DNA from: the human T2T-CHM13v2.0 reference genome, Homo sapiens
DNA length: 64,000 bases
Strand: one strand, 5' to 3'
NCBI RefSeq assembly: GCF_009914755.1
Contig: NC_060932.1
The position numbers and the translations under genes are program-made. The notes under the pieces are model-generated. The model did no database searches, was not told the origin of the DNA, and was given only the letters and a program-made list of their open reading frames with translations. Positions 1-13,102 of this stretch are shown one piece after another (position 1 is the stretch's first letter; the number at the start of each line of letters is the position of its first letter).

Positions 1-76
1 AGCTCCATAATGCCTCATTTTCACAATCCATTCTTACTGAACTCATCTTGTAATTTCTTTAACCCACTGCTAAAAT

Positions 77-716
77 TAAAGCGGCATCGTTCATCTGGGG
101 CAATACCCAAGGTTCGTTGCCTACGCCAAGGATATCAAGGATGCAGGCACACAAGGTGTAAGTTTAAGAGCAGAGGTTTAATAGGCGAGAGAAAGAGAAA
201 AGCTGTCTCTCCTGCAGAGAGAGGGGGGCTCCCAAGTGGGTCTTCTGGTTTTGTGGTGAAATGCACAGGGTTTTTATACACGAGCTTGAGGAGGCAGTGT
301 CTGATTTACACAGGGCCCAAAAGATTGGTCAGACCAGGTTTGCCATTTACGTAGCACATGAAGAAGCTGGCCACCCCATCCTAATCTTTTATTATGCAGA
401 TGGGTTCTCTACCTGGCTGGTGCCATGTTTCCTGTTCCTTTATTGTACACATGGTTGACAAAGAAAAGGTAAGATGGAGCCTCCATATTGAACATGTCTG
501 GCCCCAGGTAGCTTTTTCCTATTGGCACAGCTGCCGGCGTTCACCTGTGCAAGCTTCTAGCTTGCTTTTCTATGTCTGCATCTTGATTTTTCAGGCTATT
601 CTTTGTTAGAAAAGAAAAATTATTTGGGGGCTACTTTTTATTAAAAGGGAAACCTTGCTGAGGGCTCTCTTACCCTTACTAACTGCCTAAATAATTTCTT
701 TCTAGCTCCTGTTTCA
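77..716 (-). mobile_element. ERV1-class solo LTR (LTR9-like)
   Basis: Minus strand begins TGAAACAGGAGCTAGAAAGAAATTATTTAGGCAG and ends ...CCCCAGATGAACGATGCCGCTTTA, matching my recollection of LTR9. Flanks AAAT/GAAT resemble a 4-bp TSD. Subfamily name is uncertain. Confidence 0.75.
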
Positions 717-719
717 GAA

Positions 720-960
720 TCATTCATTTATTCAAAGACCTCAATTCTTTCTATTGGAGAATGGTATTTAGAACCCAAGATATTGACATGAGGTATGTAT
801 GTTGCCACTGGATGTCATTGATTCTAGGCCATCTCAACAGAAAGAGTTAAGATGTATGTATATATGACAACCAATGTATGCATATATTTCTATAATTATT
901 TTTGTATGTATCAATCTACATTTAAAATTAACATGTATTCATATTATTCTAGCACTTATT
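720..960 (-). mobile_element. Ancient L1 (L1MC4-like) 3' fragment
   Basis: TTTCTATTGGAGAATGGTATTTAGAACCCAAGAT...TCATTGATTCTAGGCC resembles the L1MC 3' UTR. Confidence 0.55.
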
Positions 961-1257
961 TTAAATTTAATGTTCAGATCAATATAAATAATATTTTCTT
1001 TAATATACATTGATGTTTTATTTCTATTTCTATAAACAATTGTATTTTTAAAGATAGTTTATGATTAGAACTATTTTTAATCTACTTATTTGAGAACTGA
1101 TTTATTTCTTAATAACTACATCTTTCAAAAACATGCAATTATAATTATTATACCATTCCTTTCACCCTTAAATGTCTTAATCTGGATAATAAACTACATA
1201 GTAACCCCAAATGAGTTAATCTGAGCTCAGTACGCTCTTTGAATACTGTTATTTAGA

Positions 1258-1421
1258 TCATAGCCTCTCAAGCCTTAATGTTGCTACAAATCATCTGAGG
1301 ATGCTGTTAAACTGCAGACTGATTCAGTAGGAGTGGGGAGGGGCCTGAGAGTCTGCATTTTTATGCGGCTCCCAGGTGATACCAATGCTGCAGATGCACA
1401 GACCACACTTTGAGTGGTAAG
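1258..1421. mobile_element. MER5-family hAT-Charlie MITE
   Basis: GATTCAGTAGGAGTGGGGAGGGGCCTGAGAGTCTGCATTTT...CCCAGGTGATACCAATGCTGC...GACCACACTTTGAGT is typical of MER5. Confidence 0.8.
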
Positions 1422-1437
1422 ACTGAAGACTACATAG

Positions 1438-1754
<317 letters not shown>

Positions 1755-2489
1755 CATTGTGTGAGCTTTCTATGCAGTTGTTCTGTGTCCTCAATCCTAT
1801 AGTGCTGGTTCCTTCCTTTATTCCAGAGTCCAAATGCCTCATTTCAAAACCCATTTCTACTGAACTCAGTAACCTTTAAAGTTCCATTCAAATCTGTAGC
1901 TCTTTTTTACATTTCTACACCTATTTCAGTTTAGAGGCTTTGTCTATCATACACACAAGGTAAGTTTACATCAGTTAGTAAATTAGACTAGCTGTATTTG
2001 ACAAGTGGGAATGGGAAAATGTCCTTTTCCACCTCTTTTCATTCTTTAGTAGTTTGGTGAATAGAGCAGACCTTATAACATATTATTTGCCAGACTATAT
2101 TCAGGTCTCACTTATACACAATAGCTACCTCACTGTGAACTTTCTCATTTTCAATTTTCTATTTATTTTGATTTTTTTAACCCAACGAAAACACTTGTGG
2201 AGTCTATTACAAAATTGGTGGGTTCACACTGTGATCAGAGACAAATGCTTAAGGGAATAGTGGAGCCATTCTATGATTTATGACCATTCCTGGTAGGGGG
2301 TAGGGTGGGAGTGTGGGGAGAGAAGGTGAGAGTGGGGAAGGAATAGAATAAATATAAAAAGAGTATTGCAGTCTGGTGGCCATCTGTGCTAACTGCATGC
2401 TGCATATCTCAAACAGAAATAGACAGGATATCAGCAAATATTATTAGTTGTTTTTAATTTTGTGCTCTTCAAAATTATTTGTGTTACAT

Positions 2490-2790
2490 CCATTCATTCA
2501 TTTACTCATCCATCATGATTGCACTATAGTTCTGAATTCTTACTCTGACATAGACTTATGATGGGCACTGGGGACCACATATTAAGAGACAGTCTCTGTC
2601 TTTGATTGGCTTTAGGTAGAGAAGTGTGGAATGAAAAGCACACAGGTGAATACAAAACATTATGATAAATGCTACATTGTGGCTCAGAGTACTGGAGGCA
2701 CATAAGCAAGCACCTTATCTAGTCTTGGGGATCCTGGAAGTTTCCTACAGGCAACAGGCTCTAATTTGAGGTGTAATATGAATAGGAGTA
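2490..2790 (-). mobile_element. L2 LINE fragment
   Basis: CATTCATTCATTT tail followed by GGGCACTGGGGAC...AGTCTCTGTC and degenerate L2 body. Confidence 0.6.
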
Positions 2791-2919
2791 ATTCAGGTAA
2801 AGAAAAGCAAGGACAAAAGGCAAAGAGGAGGCAGCAGGTGGAAATGTGGTATTTTTAGAACACTCTAAGAAAAGAGATTACAATATGCAAAACCCAAATG
2901 TTGAGAATACAACTTCTCC

Positions 2920-3400
2920 CAATTTTTCCTTCTCCCGGACTCCCCATTTTAGTGATGTCAGCACCACCCACTTGGTTACACTGTCCACAAATTAGGAGTA
3001 ATCCTTGCCTTCTCCCACTCACTCATTCTGCTGTTTCACACTAGACAATCACTCAGTCCTGTCAGTTCTTCCTTCTAGCTACATCTTAAATGCATTTTCT
3101 AGTCTCCATTCATGAGGCCGCTGAAATATTACATTGTCCGACATTATGGACAATTATCGCTTACCTAGATTACTACAAGAGTCTCCAAAATGATATTCTT
3201 AGTTCCAGCTTCAAACATCTTTCAGGTTGAAAAACTTTTATTTTCACTATAGTGATCTTTCCAAAGATAAAACACAACTCCTGTCGCTCCATTCTTAAAT
3301 CCTCCAGTGGCTCCTCATTGCCTTCAGGATCAAGTACAAATTCCTTAACATGATTAACAAGGCCTTAAGTCACTGGGCTCCTGCCTACCTCTCCACCTTG
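2920..3400 (+). mobile_element. L2 LINE fragment
   Basis: CTTAAATCCTCCAGTGGCTCCTCATTGCCTTCAGGATCAAGTACAAATTCCTTAACATG...CTCCTGCCTACCTCTCC is a characteristic L2 3' segment. Confidence 0.75.
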
Positions 3401-3739
3401 CTGATCCAATACTTAACACATTTCATGTACAGTATATTTTTTGGTCACCTAGATATGACAGTCACTATACAAGGCACTCTAAATAAAATGATGAATAAGA
3501 TAAACAGTCTCGCTTATATTCCGTCAAAGGAGACTTTTAAACAAATCATCAAGTTATTAGCAACTGTTGTAAGAACACTTTTCCATCATCACTTTTATGA
3601 TGCGAGTACCCTAGACATTCTAAACATAGTATTTGGCATTTTGGGGGGGCTTCACCTATTTTGGAGTAGAAATTTTTCCAGATATTCATTTTTAAAGAAG
3701 ATTATTATTTTAATAAAAGACATTGCCACTCTATTAGTT

Positions 3740-4140
3740 ACACTAATGCTAGCTACTGTATCAGATGAAGCGTGAAATTTCAGTAGTTTAAGACAGTGGA
3801 ACTTATTTCTAACCCTCAATATGTTCCTTAAGCAAGAGAAACAAAGCAATTGTTCAGGTATTCAAGCTGTTGGAAGTTCTTTCCTTATTAGTTCAGGATT
3901 TCTAAGTTCCCTCAACACTGACATCTTGTTGACAATCAGGGAAAGAGAGGAGGACTTGAAGGTAGGTTTCAAAAGACCAGACCTGGAAACAACATATATC
4001 CCTTCTGACCACATTCCATTGACTAGAATTCTTTCACATAGTGTTGCCCAAGTGAAGGGGACTTGGGGGAAGTATAGAATAGATCTGAGCCCAGAGACAG
4101 AAGGAAGAGAGTTCAAGGAACTAATAGCTGGTGTTTACCA
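3740..4140 (-). mobile_element. Old MaLR LTR (MLT1K/L-like)
   Basis: CCAGACCTGGAA...CCCTTCTGACCACATTCCATTGACTAGAA...AAGGGGACTTGGGGGAAGTATAG resembles old MLT1 LTRs. Confidence 0.6.
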
Positions 4141-4839
4141 CACTCACAAAAATATACAAATGAATGAAAATGGTTATGACCCACCCATGACTGCAGTGGG
4201 TTCACTGTCATCTGATGTGATCTATACCACCTGTTCCTATGTGACTGAGAGGACCACTGGCCATCCATAGCCTGGGAGGTTACATCATCACTTTGCACCT
4301 CACACTCTAGTGAGTTTTTCTTCAATTATCATAAATGTATAGGCAGATAATAAATCTAAATATCTTTTAAAAATAATTCTGCTTTTAGGTGCTTATGGTG
4401 TTAAGACTAAAACAGAGTTACTAGTACGCTAGTCACTGTGGAAACCTTCCCTCCTGTGCCTGTCTTTCCCCCTTCCCTGCCTGTTCTCTAGCAACCTGGC
4501 ATTTGGTAAATCTTAGTTGTCTTTTAGATCTTAGCTAAAAATTACTTTTAATATTATGTTCTCAAAGACCTCCGTAAATCTGGTTAAGAGTTTTTTCCAT
4601 AACTTCTAGAAGCAATTCATGATTTCTATGTATGTATACTTATGAAAATGCATGAATTAATGCCTGGTTAATTCTTATATCCTTGGAACTTAGCACAAGA
4701 CCATAATGGGTAATACATACTTATGGACTGAATTGATTGGCATTTTTCAATAATGGCTGGCATGCAGGACTTGAAGTGAGATAAATGTAGAAGTCATTAT
4801 AAAAAAATAATAAGTCATTATCCTGAAAATAACCTATCA

Positions 4840-5030
4840 CAGTAGTTCTCAAAGCGTGGTCACAGGCCCAGCAACATCAGAATCCCTTGGGATCTTTTTA
4901 GAAATGCATATTCCCAGGCCCTGCCCCAGACAATTCTGAATTAGAATCTATGAGGTTTAGAGCCCAGAAATCTGTCTTTTACCAAGACCTCCAAGTAATT
5001 CTGATCCATATTACAGTTTGAGAACCACTA
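4840..5030. mobile_element. MER5A hAT-Charlie MITE, full length
   Basis: Terminal inverted repeats CAGTAGTTCTCAAA / TTTGAGAACCACTA, ~190 bp, typical internal sequence. Confidence 0.9.
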
Positions 5031-6099
5031 GGAGTGTAGATAAATCTGAAAGAAGTTTCAAAAAAAAAAGAAAAACAAAGAAAGGAAGAAAGAAAGAAAG
5101 AAAATGGCAACACTGATAATCTAATAATAACAGCTGCTATTCCTGAAGTACTGATGTCAAGGAGTTGACCTTAGGAGTTGTGACACTAAAATGGTCTTGT
5201 GACTCGAATAATCCAATTACATGTGGCTTAACTATAAGCATAGTAGTAACATATGGGAAGAATGTCATGAGAATTCAGAAGATAATAAAGTAGTAAATAA
5301 ATAGTAAATAGAGTGATATAATTGAGACAAGCAGTACAACCACTTGACTAGGAATTACTAACTGACACAAGTAATAACTTGAACTATAAGTAATGTGTAA
5401 ATTGAGACCAACGTACCAAACCCCTTTAGAAGGCTTTGCCACAACATCAGTATGAAAAAGCCAAGCCTGTCAATCAGAGTTGCATCCTAGCCCATATTCC
5501 TCTGATTCCTAAGAGATCTCAACAAGCTGAGGAGTTGGTTCTAAACAATCCTTGAAAAAGTAATGCCCCAATATTGTTTAGGATGACATAAAGGTTTAGA
5601 ATTGATATGTGAAGTGTGTGACTTTGGCTTAAAATATATATTTGACTTTTAAATTTAGATTTCTGACTTTAAGTTGAATTTGTACTATGTTTGTGAACAG
5701 TGTCAAAATATTACAAGAACTTCAGGTTTGTCATATTTTATATGTTTAATTTATTAGATTTATCAAACTTATATACATATTTAGGAGTGTTTGTCAATGT
5801 GAAACTAAAAACTTTAAAAATATGTAAATACATTAGGTTTGTTGGTGAAATGTAAAAGTTTCTGAATGTTTATCTAAGTTGTAAATGAAACCAATATTTC
5901 AATGTCCCTTAGAAGTGATTAATAAATTTGTTACATAAATAAATATAATGAGTCATAAATTAAACTTAAAAGCTTTAGAAAAACTAATTTTTAAAATTTA
6001 CAACTTTAAACCCTAAGTAACTTCATAACTATCTTCTCTGTGTATAAAAATGTTCTTGAGAACATTGTACAGAAAGGAATTCACATTTAACACAAAGGG

Positions 6100-6290
6100 C
6101 TTTAGGTGAATTGACTCATTTAATCCAACCTCCTACTGTGAGGTAGGCAATGTTTTTACCCTTCTTTTATCATGAGCAACAGGTTAAATAAAATGCCCAA
6201 TCATACAGCTTGGGAGAGGCAGAGCTAGGATTCAAACCCAGCACATGGGATTCTAAAGCCCATCTTCTGATTGCTCCATGCTGCTCCCTC
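6100..6290 (-). mobile_element. MIR SINE
   Basis: CTCATTTAATCC...GTGAGGTAGG...GGCAGAGCTAGGATTCAAACCCAG MIR core. Confidence 0.8.
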
Positions 6291-7569
6291 CTCCTGTAGT
6301 ACTGTTTGGAGCCGAAGGGAGAGAGAGACAATGAGGCTTGAGGGAAGTATTCAACTGTGGCTTGGATAGAATCCTGCTGAAGAGAATATGAGTCATATTA
6401 TTCTATTTCTATACCTAACAAATTTATTTATCACTTCTAAGGGACATTGCAATATTGGTTTTATTTAAAACTTAGATAAACATTCAGCAACTTTTACATC
6501 TTATCAACAAACCTAATGTATTTTTATCTTTTTAAAGTTCTGCAGTTTCACATTGCCAAGTACACATTCGTAAATATATATGAATGAGACTGGGAAGACA
6601 CCTGAATTTTGCTTCCTTTCTCATCTCCCACTGGCACCCACTCTCACTCATCTTCACTCTTCTGGTTACTCTAAGGAAGGATCTCAATGAAAGGACCTTT
6701 AAGATGGTGGATGGATTCCCAATTGGGTATCTTTGCTGGGGAGATGGAGAGTTGGAATCCATACTTGACTACATTTTGACCATAACTCTTTTCCTATATT
6801 TGAGCCTCTGCTTTCTGGCCATGATCAGCCAATCTGTCTCTTCCATGACCCTGATACTTAATGCCACCTATTTGCTATTTGCTACTTCTTTTTCATTTTG
6901 CTCTTATCGGTAACACATTTATTCAAGAAGTGAATCTCCAGTACATACTTAATTTCAGGGTCTGAGCTGGGAACATAAATTCCAAGAGGTAAGATAGTAT
7001 AGAAACAATAATAATTTCAACAGTGAAGCACGTGGGAATCCTCACTCCTAAGGAAGGTATGAGTAGGTTTTTGACAGATGAAGAAGGTAGGTAAGAATGT
7101 TCCAGGAAGAGAAAACACATATTAATAGGCTTGGAACCAGAGGGAGTTTGACTCTTTAAAGGAATTGAAAGAAGTAATGAAAGTTGTTTTTGGAACAAGA
7201 AAAGGAAACTGGTCCCAAATGAGCCTGTGTAGTTACTGTGCCAAGTATTGACATTATCACACAATCAGTATGATAGAGAAATATTGTTCAAGGGATCTTG
7301 TGTGTTGTGAGTTGACCAAAGAACACCAAAGTCATCAGGCAGGAGACCCAAGAGTGTTTTAAGACAGTTAGACCTATGTCTCTACAAGTAAAAATCTGCT
7401 AGCGGAAATGAGGAGAAGTGATTGTTGAGAGTTCATCTTTGTTCAGTTCACCGGACAGTGAATTCATTGAATCTACTTATAGAATTTATATCCTGAGACA
7501 AAAGAGTGAAGGAATCCTGGCCTTGAAAGACTTCTTGTCATAAACACACATATTTATACAACAAATATA

Positions 7570-7866
7570 CAGTTGGCCCTTGTCTGTCGAGGATTTGTTC
7601 CAAGTCATTGATATAAAATGGCATAGTATTGGTGTATAATCTAAGCACATCCTCCTGTATACTTTGAATCATCTCTATGTTACTTATAATTCATAATACA
7701 ATGTAAATGTTATGTAAATAGTTGTCATACTGTATTGTTTTTAAAATTTGTATTATTTTAATAGTTACATTGTTATTTTTTATTGGTTTTTATTTTTCCA
7801 AATATTTTTGACCCACATTTGGTGGAATCCACAGACACGTAATCCATGGAGATGTAGGACTCACTG
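7570..7866. mobile_element. MER2 (TcMar-Tigger) non-autonomous element
   Basis: TA|CAGTTGGCCCT ... GACTCACTG|TA ends; internal ATAAAATGGCATAGTATT...CACATCCTCCTGTATACTT...AAATAGTTGT. Confidence 0.85.
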
Positions 7867-8262
7867 TATATATGTGTGTGTGTATGTTTATAATATATAT
7901 TCTGTATATCTGGCACATATGTGTATATATAATATATATTAGTATATATATTTGATATATATTTACTATATGTGACAAATATTATACACACATACACATA
8001 TATTCAAAGATAATGAATATGAAGGGATCCTGGCCCTTAGGACCTACAGTTTAGTTTAGCTCTATATTTGTGTATATATGTACATGTATTTAGTATATAT
8101 GTGACATATATGTACACAGTATATGTATCTGCATTAATATATTTATGCATATCTGTATCTTTATGTGTGTGTATATATGTATATTTGTTCTACTACAGTG
8201 TGTATATATACGTGTGTGTATATAAGTGTATATATATGTGTGTATATATATATACACACACA
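7867..8262. repeat. Degenerate (TA)n/(TG)n low-complexity tracts
   Basis: Alternating purine-pyrimidine sequence in two blocks interrupted near 8000-8065. Confidence 0.85.
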
Positions 8263-11200
8263 CTGTAGTAGAACAAATCATGGGCCAGTAATTAACTGGA
8301 GAGAGGATGAGAGGCCTATGAGCCGCCTCATAAAGAAAGAAAGCTGTTTCCCAATGGTCAAGAAAAGAAGGGAAATGCTCTCTGTGTTGTCAATGAAACA
8401 TATCCCATAGCCTCATGACCCTGGGAACATGTTTGAATTTTACAATAAAGTTTCTGTCTTTAAGTAGATCAGAAAAGTCAGGAGGACTGACCCAAGGAGA
8501 ACTCTATAGCTCTAAAGACCTAAACTACAGCAAGCTTGGCTAACATCTGTAATAGAATATCTACCAACACAGCCAGAGGCAACTGCGCTGGAAATAAGAA
8601 GGCTTACAACACCTTTATTACAAGAAAGGCCTTATTTTGCACAAAATTGTTATGACTATAATAAAAGAGAATGAGAGAGGCTTGTCTGAGAACATCACTC
8701 TCTTCTCAGTACCTCACTGAGAAATGTGAGTAATGACAGAGTTGCCACCACTTGAAAGCTGATTTGGAAATGGAAGGGCTTACTTATCTCAGGCCCCATG
8801 ACTCATGGAAGAATCACTGAAATCTATTTCTCTTAATATTTTCCAAAGAGAATTACTGATCAAAGTTGTTTTCTTCCCAGAGGTCTGTTCCTTCTAGCAC
8901 AGGGATGAGGCATATCTCTGGGACACCCAGAAGACATTTATAGTCACTTCCCAAGTGGCTCTTGTTCTCTGGATTAAAAATGAAAATTATCTCTCGACTG
9001 TCAATGTAACATCTTCCAGCAGCATGAAATTCTGTCAAACAGAAATTGAAGCTGAATAAAAAGAAGATACACACTCAGGATTATACCTATTGTGAAGCAG
9101 CAGTGCTCTGCACTGACGATTCTACTCCCTAATAGTAGATTTAGGGAAATAGAGACATACTGGTTTTCTAAACGCCCCTGTACAGTTTGCCATGGGAAGT
9201 AGCAGTGATTGAACAGCCTGACAAACACTGTCAGCATATGCAATGAGCCAACTATACTGCACTCCAGGGCAGGATTACAAAGGGTTTGTGTGCATTTTGG
9301 GGGGTAATCAGTTATCAAAATTCCATTTGTAATTTATGTTTGCATGAAAATGCAGTTTTTAACCATTGCTAGGATTTGAGGAGCAAATGTAACCTGTTTT
9401 CATTTTGTCAAACTCCAGGGAAATTCAGCATGTCAGCTCAGAAATAATGCACATCTACATTATTGGATGGCTGGTTTCTCAGAATAAATAACTACCATTT
9501 ATAGGAGCCATATTTATAGAACATGTCTGGTACATGCACGCAAAGCTGCTTATTACCCATCAGGTTCCATTCTAAATTGACACATACCTACATTCAGGTC
9601 AAAGAAAAGAAAGGCAAATGAATAAGAGGTCAATTTCAAATCTTTCAATTTTGATGTCAGCAACCCCTAAGAGACAGACTTTTTAAGAATATCCGAGGGG
9701 GAAATTCTACAGCGCTCCAGCCAGATGACTTGAATCTGAAAATTTTCTTATTCTTGGAATAGCAAGGACGTGGTTAAGATAAGAAGGAGAGAAGGCATGG
9801 GAGACAGAAACAATATATCATATTAAATGGTTACATGTCAGAATGTATGATCTAAAATGGCAGGTGTGGAGTAAAATGAAACTTTCAATAATTTGAAAAC
9901 AAGTTCCAAACTATTATACAATCGTTACAATTAGGCAGCATCCTTAATCCTTATATAAAGAATACTCTAATATTTATTTTGAGCCTGTGATCCCATACAT
10001 GTTTCTGGAGGAAAGAGACATAATTTTACAAGATTTGAAAAGAGGTCTGTGTATGAAAGTTCAAAATCCATTGATACTATCTGTTAGAAGATTTGAGAAA
10101 CTTAAAACCCCTTTTGTGGAATGCAGCAGAGGTGATACCCTAGTCCCTGAATTTCAACTCAGTGTTTTTCAAATGTTTTTACCCATGACCAATGGTAAGA
10201 AAAATATTTTACCTTGAGACCTCTCTCTCATATCTAAAAAAAATAGTTTTATAGTATAGTTGGTACCCTTATTGTTAGATGCACTCTGATATTTTCTATT
10301 ATATTCCAGGCAATTCTATTTCATTTATAAAGTGCTATTCATAATCCACTAAATTGATTCTATGATCCATTTATGGGCTGGATTCTGCAGTTTGGAAAAC
10401 ACTGTTTTAGCTGACCAAAAGGTGACAAGTGCAAAGGAAAAAAAATGAGGTAATGCACAGTTTCAATAGACAAAGTGAGTCCTACTTTAAGCATTGACAA
10501 AGGTTAGAGTCAAAAAGAGGGACAGTTGGCATTAAGAAAACTGACATAAGAGGAATTGGAAGGAAGAGGATAAGAATGTCCTGGTGAGATGGAGGGAACA
10601 TTGAAAACTGTGTCTAGACTAAATGATCAGAAATGTCCTGTTAATTCAGAGGAAAAAGCTATTAATTCATTACACAAAATAAAAGACAATTTTAATAACT
10701 TTTCAGTATCTGGATTTGTTGTTTTACAGGCAGAGCCAAAGATGTGCTGTTTGATTGCTAAGAGAGCTCTCACCCTCTGTGGAAAGAAAGGAAGAGGCAG
10801 GAGAAGAAAAAGATTTAGAGAAAATATTGATAACTTTACTTTTGGCTTCTGACAATATCTACCTTTCTGGGAGCTTCAATTTTTCCTAAAGCTTTCATAC
10901 TTTAAGCCTCCAAGGACGATAAACAATATTTCAATAACTAAACTAAAACCAAGGACAATAAATAATATTTCAATAACTAAACAAATGTGACTTTTAGTGT
11001 ATCTTCTTAATAAGAAGGTTTAGTTTAGAAGGGTAACTGCCAAATTGGATGGACAAATTACTCATGTATTTTTTTCTTCAAAATTAATAGGAATGACTAT
11101 AGGTCAAGACTAGCTTGAAGGGAGACACGGTTATTCAAGTTGAAAATCTTTCTCAAGGTGGCATCAAGTGCCTTGGAACAATTCAATTAACTAATCACAG

Positions 11201-11349
11201 ATGGTTGCCAGATATGCAGTCTACAACTTTCATTTCACTAACAAATGTCACCGTTAAGAAAATCTGAACTTTGGGAAATTGGGGACGATTCCATGTGAAG
11301 GATAACTTCTGTTCTTGTCGTGATTTTATAGGAACCAGATAAGGAAGAA

Positions 11350-11510
11350 CAGTGTCACATGAGGGAAAACTTCCTAGCAGTTGGAGATGCCCAACAATGA
11401 GTGATCACATTGTTTTAAAAGTGAGACTCCCATTGCTGATCACCCTGGAGATTTCTGCATGGGGGCACCCTGAACTTGAAAATCTCTGAAGTGCCTCGCA
11501 AGATTCAGGG
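11350..11510 (+). mobile_element. L3/CR1-like 3' fragment
   Basis: GGGAAAACTTCCTAGCAGTTGGAGATGCCCAACAATG...GTGAGACTCCCATTGCTG...TCTCTGAAGTGCCT. Confidence 0.45.
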
Positions 11511-12654
11511 CACTAAGGTCCAAAGGAGTGAAGATTGGCAAACTGATAATAACTCCCCAAATCTATTACACTGACATGTATCATCAAATTAATAAATTCC
11601 ATAAAAATACTCTACAGTGTCTAGCTCTCTAGCTCTTCTCTAATCAGAGTGCAATCTGATTTTTTTTTCATACTCTGGAATTGCCTAGTGATATGATAGG
11701 AATGTTTGCTATTGTGCCAGTGGTTCTTATTGATTTTTGAGTAATATAATTCTTTGATAAACTGAATAAAATTTCTTCAGAAATGTGGACATGTATACAA
11801 TCACATGATTGCAAGCAATTAGAGGATTCAGAAACCCTGTGATAAATCCGTAGAGATCTAGAACATAAACCAAGGTTGTGAGACAGCTTGCAGTATTTGA
11901 TCTAGGATGAAAACCCAGCTTTTCTACTATTTTAACTGCATAACAACTAATAACACACTTGAGACTCTCAGGGAGAAGGGGTAATAGTATTTGGAAATGT
12001 TCCCTGTAGCTGTCATTACATCCTACTGGCCCACATAATTTGCTTTTCACAGTTAAAAACATGCAGGTCAAATTTAATCTAACTGCCAAGAAAATCCTCT
12101 CCGTATATTTCTCTCCATGTATGTTTTCTTTATTTTAAGTTAAAATTTTTGACAGAAAATGTTTCTTTAACCCAAGCCAATTTATATTAGCCCAAGGTAG
12201 GTGCCTCTGGTGGGATCCAAAGTAGTTTTTGATAGGAAGATGAGCAAGTAAATGATTTTGATATCTCTGTAATGAGGAATAAAGTGATTATTAGTTATCC
12301 AATAAATCATGCCCAAGAAGCTCCATTACGTTTTGTTAAAGTCTTCAGAATATTTTTTCCTGAAGGAAGCAGAAGACAAAGTACTGCTTAGAGAACTTTG
12401 GGCTTGGTAGTTCAAGATAAAAATGTCCATCAGATATAGTATACATAGTTGCCTTTCTTTCTTACTAAGAGCAGAAACCCTTTCCATGACATCGTCTGAT
12501 CCTGTATCACAGAAGAGGTGTTTGGATTGAGTAATCCCTGACCAAAGATAGCAGCTCCATTTACCTTGGATTCCAGAGACAATAAATTTCCATCCTCACC
12601 TCCCCAATAGTGGACTGGTTTTGATATTGCATCTACACAGTACCATTATGAGTA

Positions 12655-13049
12655 TGATATGGTGTGGCTCTGTGTCTCCACCCAAATCTCATGTTTAATT
12701 GTAATTTCCAATGTTGCCAGGGGTACCTGGTGGGAGATGTGGGGGAGATCTGGATCATGGGGACAGATATCCCCCTTGCTGTTCTCATAGTAGTGAATGA
12801 GTTCTCATGAGATCTGATGGTTTAAAAGTGTGTGGCACTTCCCTCTTCACTCTCTCTCTCTCTGTCTCCCACTCTGCCATGTGAAGAAAATGTTTGCTTC
12901 CCCTTTGGCCATGATTGTAAGTTCCTGAGGCCTCCCCAACCATGCTTCCTGTACATCCCATGGAAGTCTGAGTCAATTAAGCCTCTTTTCTTCATAAATT
13001 ACCCAGTCTCGGGTAGTTCTTTGTAGCAATGTGAGAATGGGCTAGTACA
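12655..13049 (+). mobile_element. MSTA-type MaLR solo LTR
   Basis: TGATATGGTGTGGCTCTGTGTCTCCACCCAAATCTCATG ... ATAAATTACCCAGTCTCGGGTAGTTCTTTGTAGCAATGTGAGAATGGGCTAGTACA. Confidence 0.92.
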
Positions 13050-13102
13050 AGGTGTGGTTCCCATTCTTCACTATCAGTAATCAACACTCACAGTAAAAAC
13101 CT

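Noticed and set aside
3350-4270. 141 aa and 149 aa ORFs
   Set aside because: Overlap L2/MLT1 relics, no recognisable domain, lengths compatible with chance.
5160-6080. Possible ancient DNA transposon in AT-rich stretch
   Set aside because: Could not identify TIRs or a family with enough confidence.
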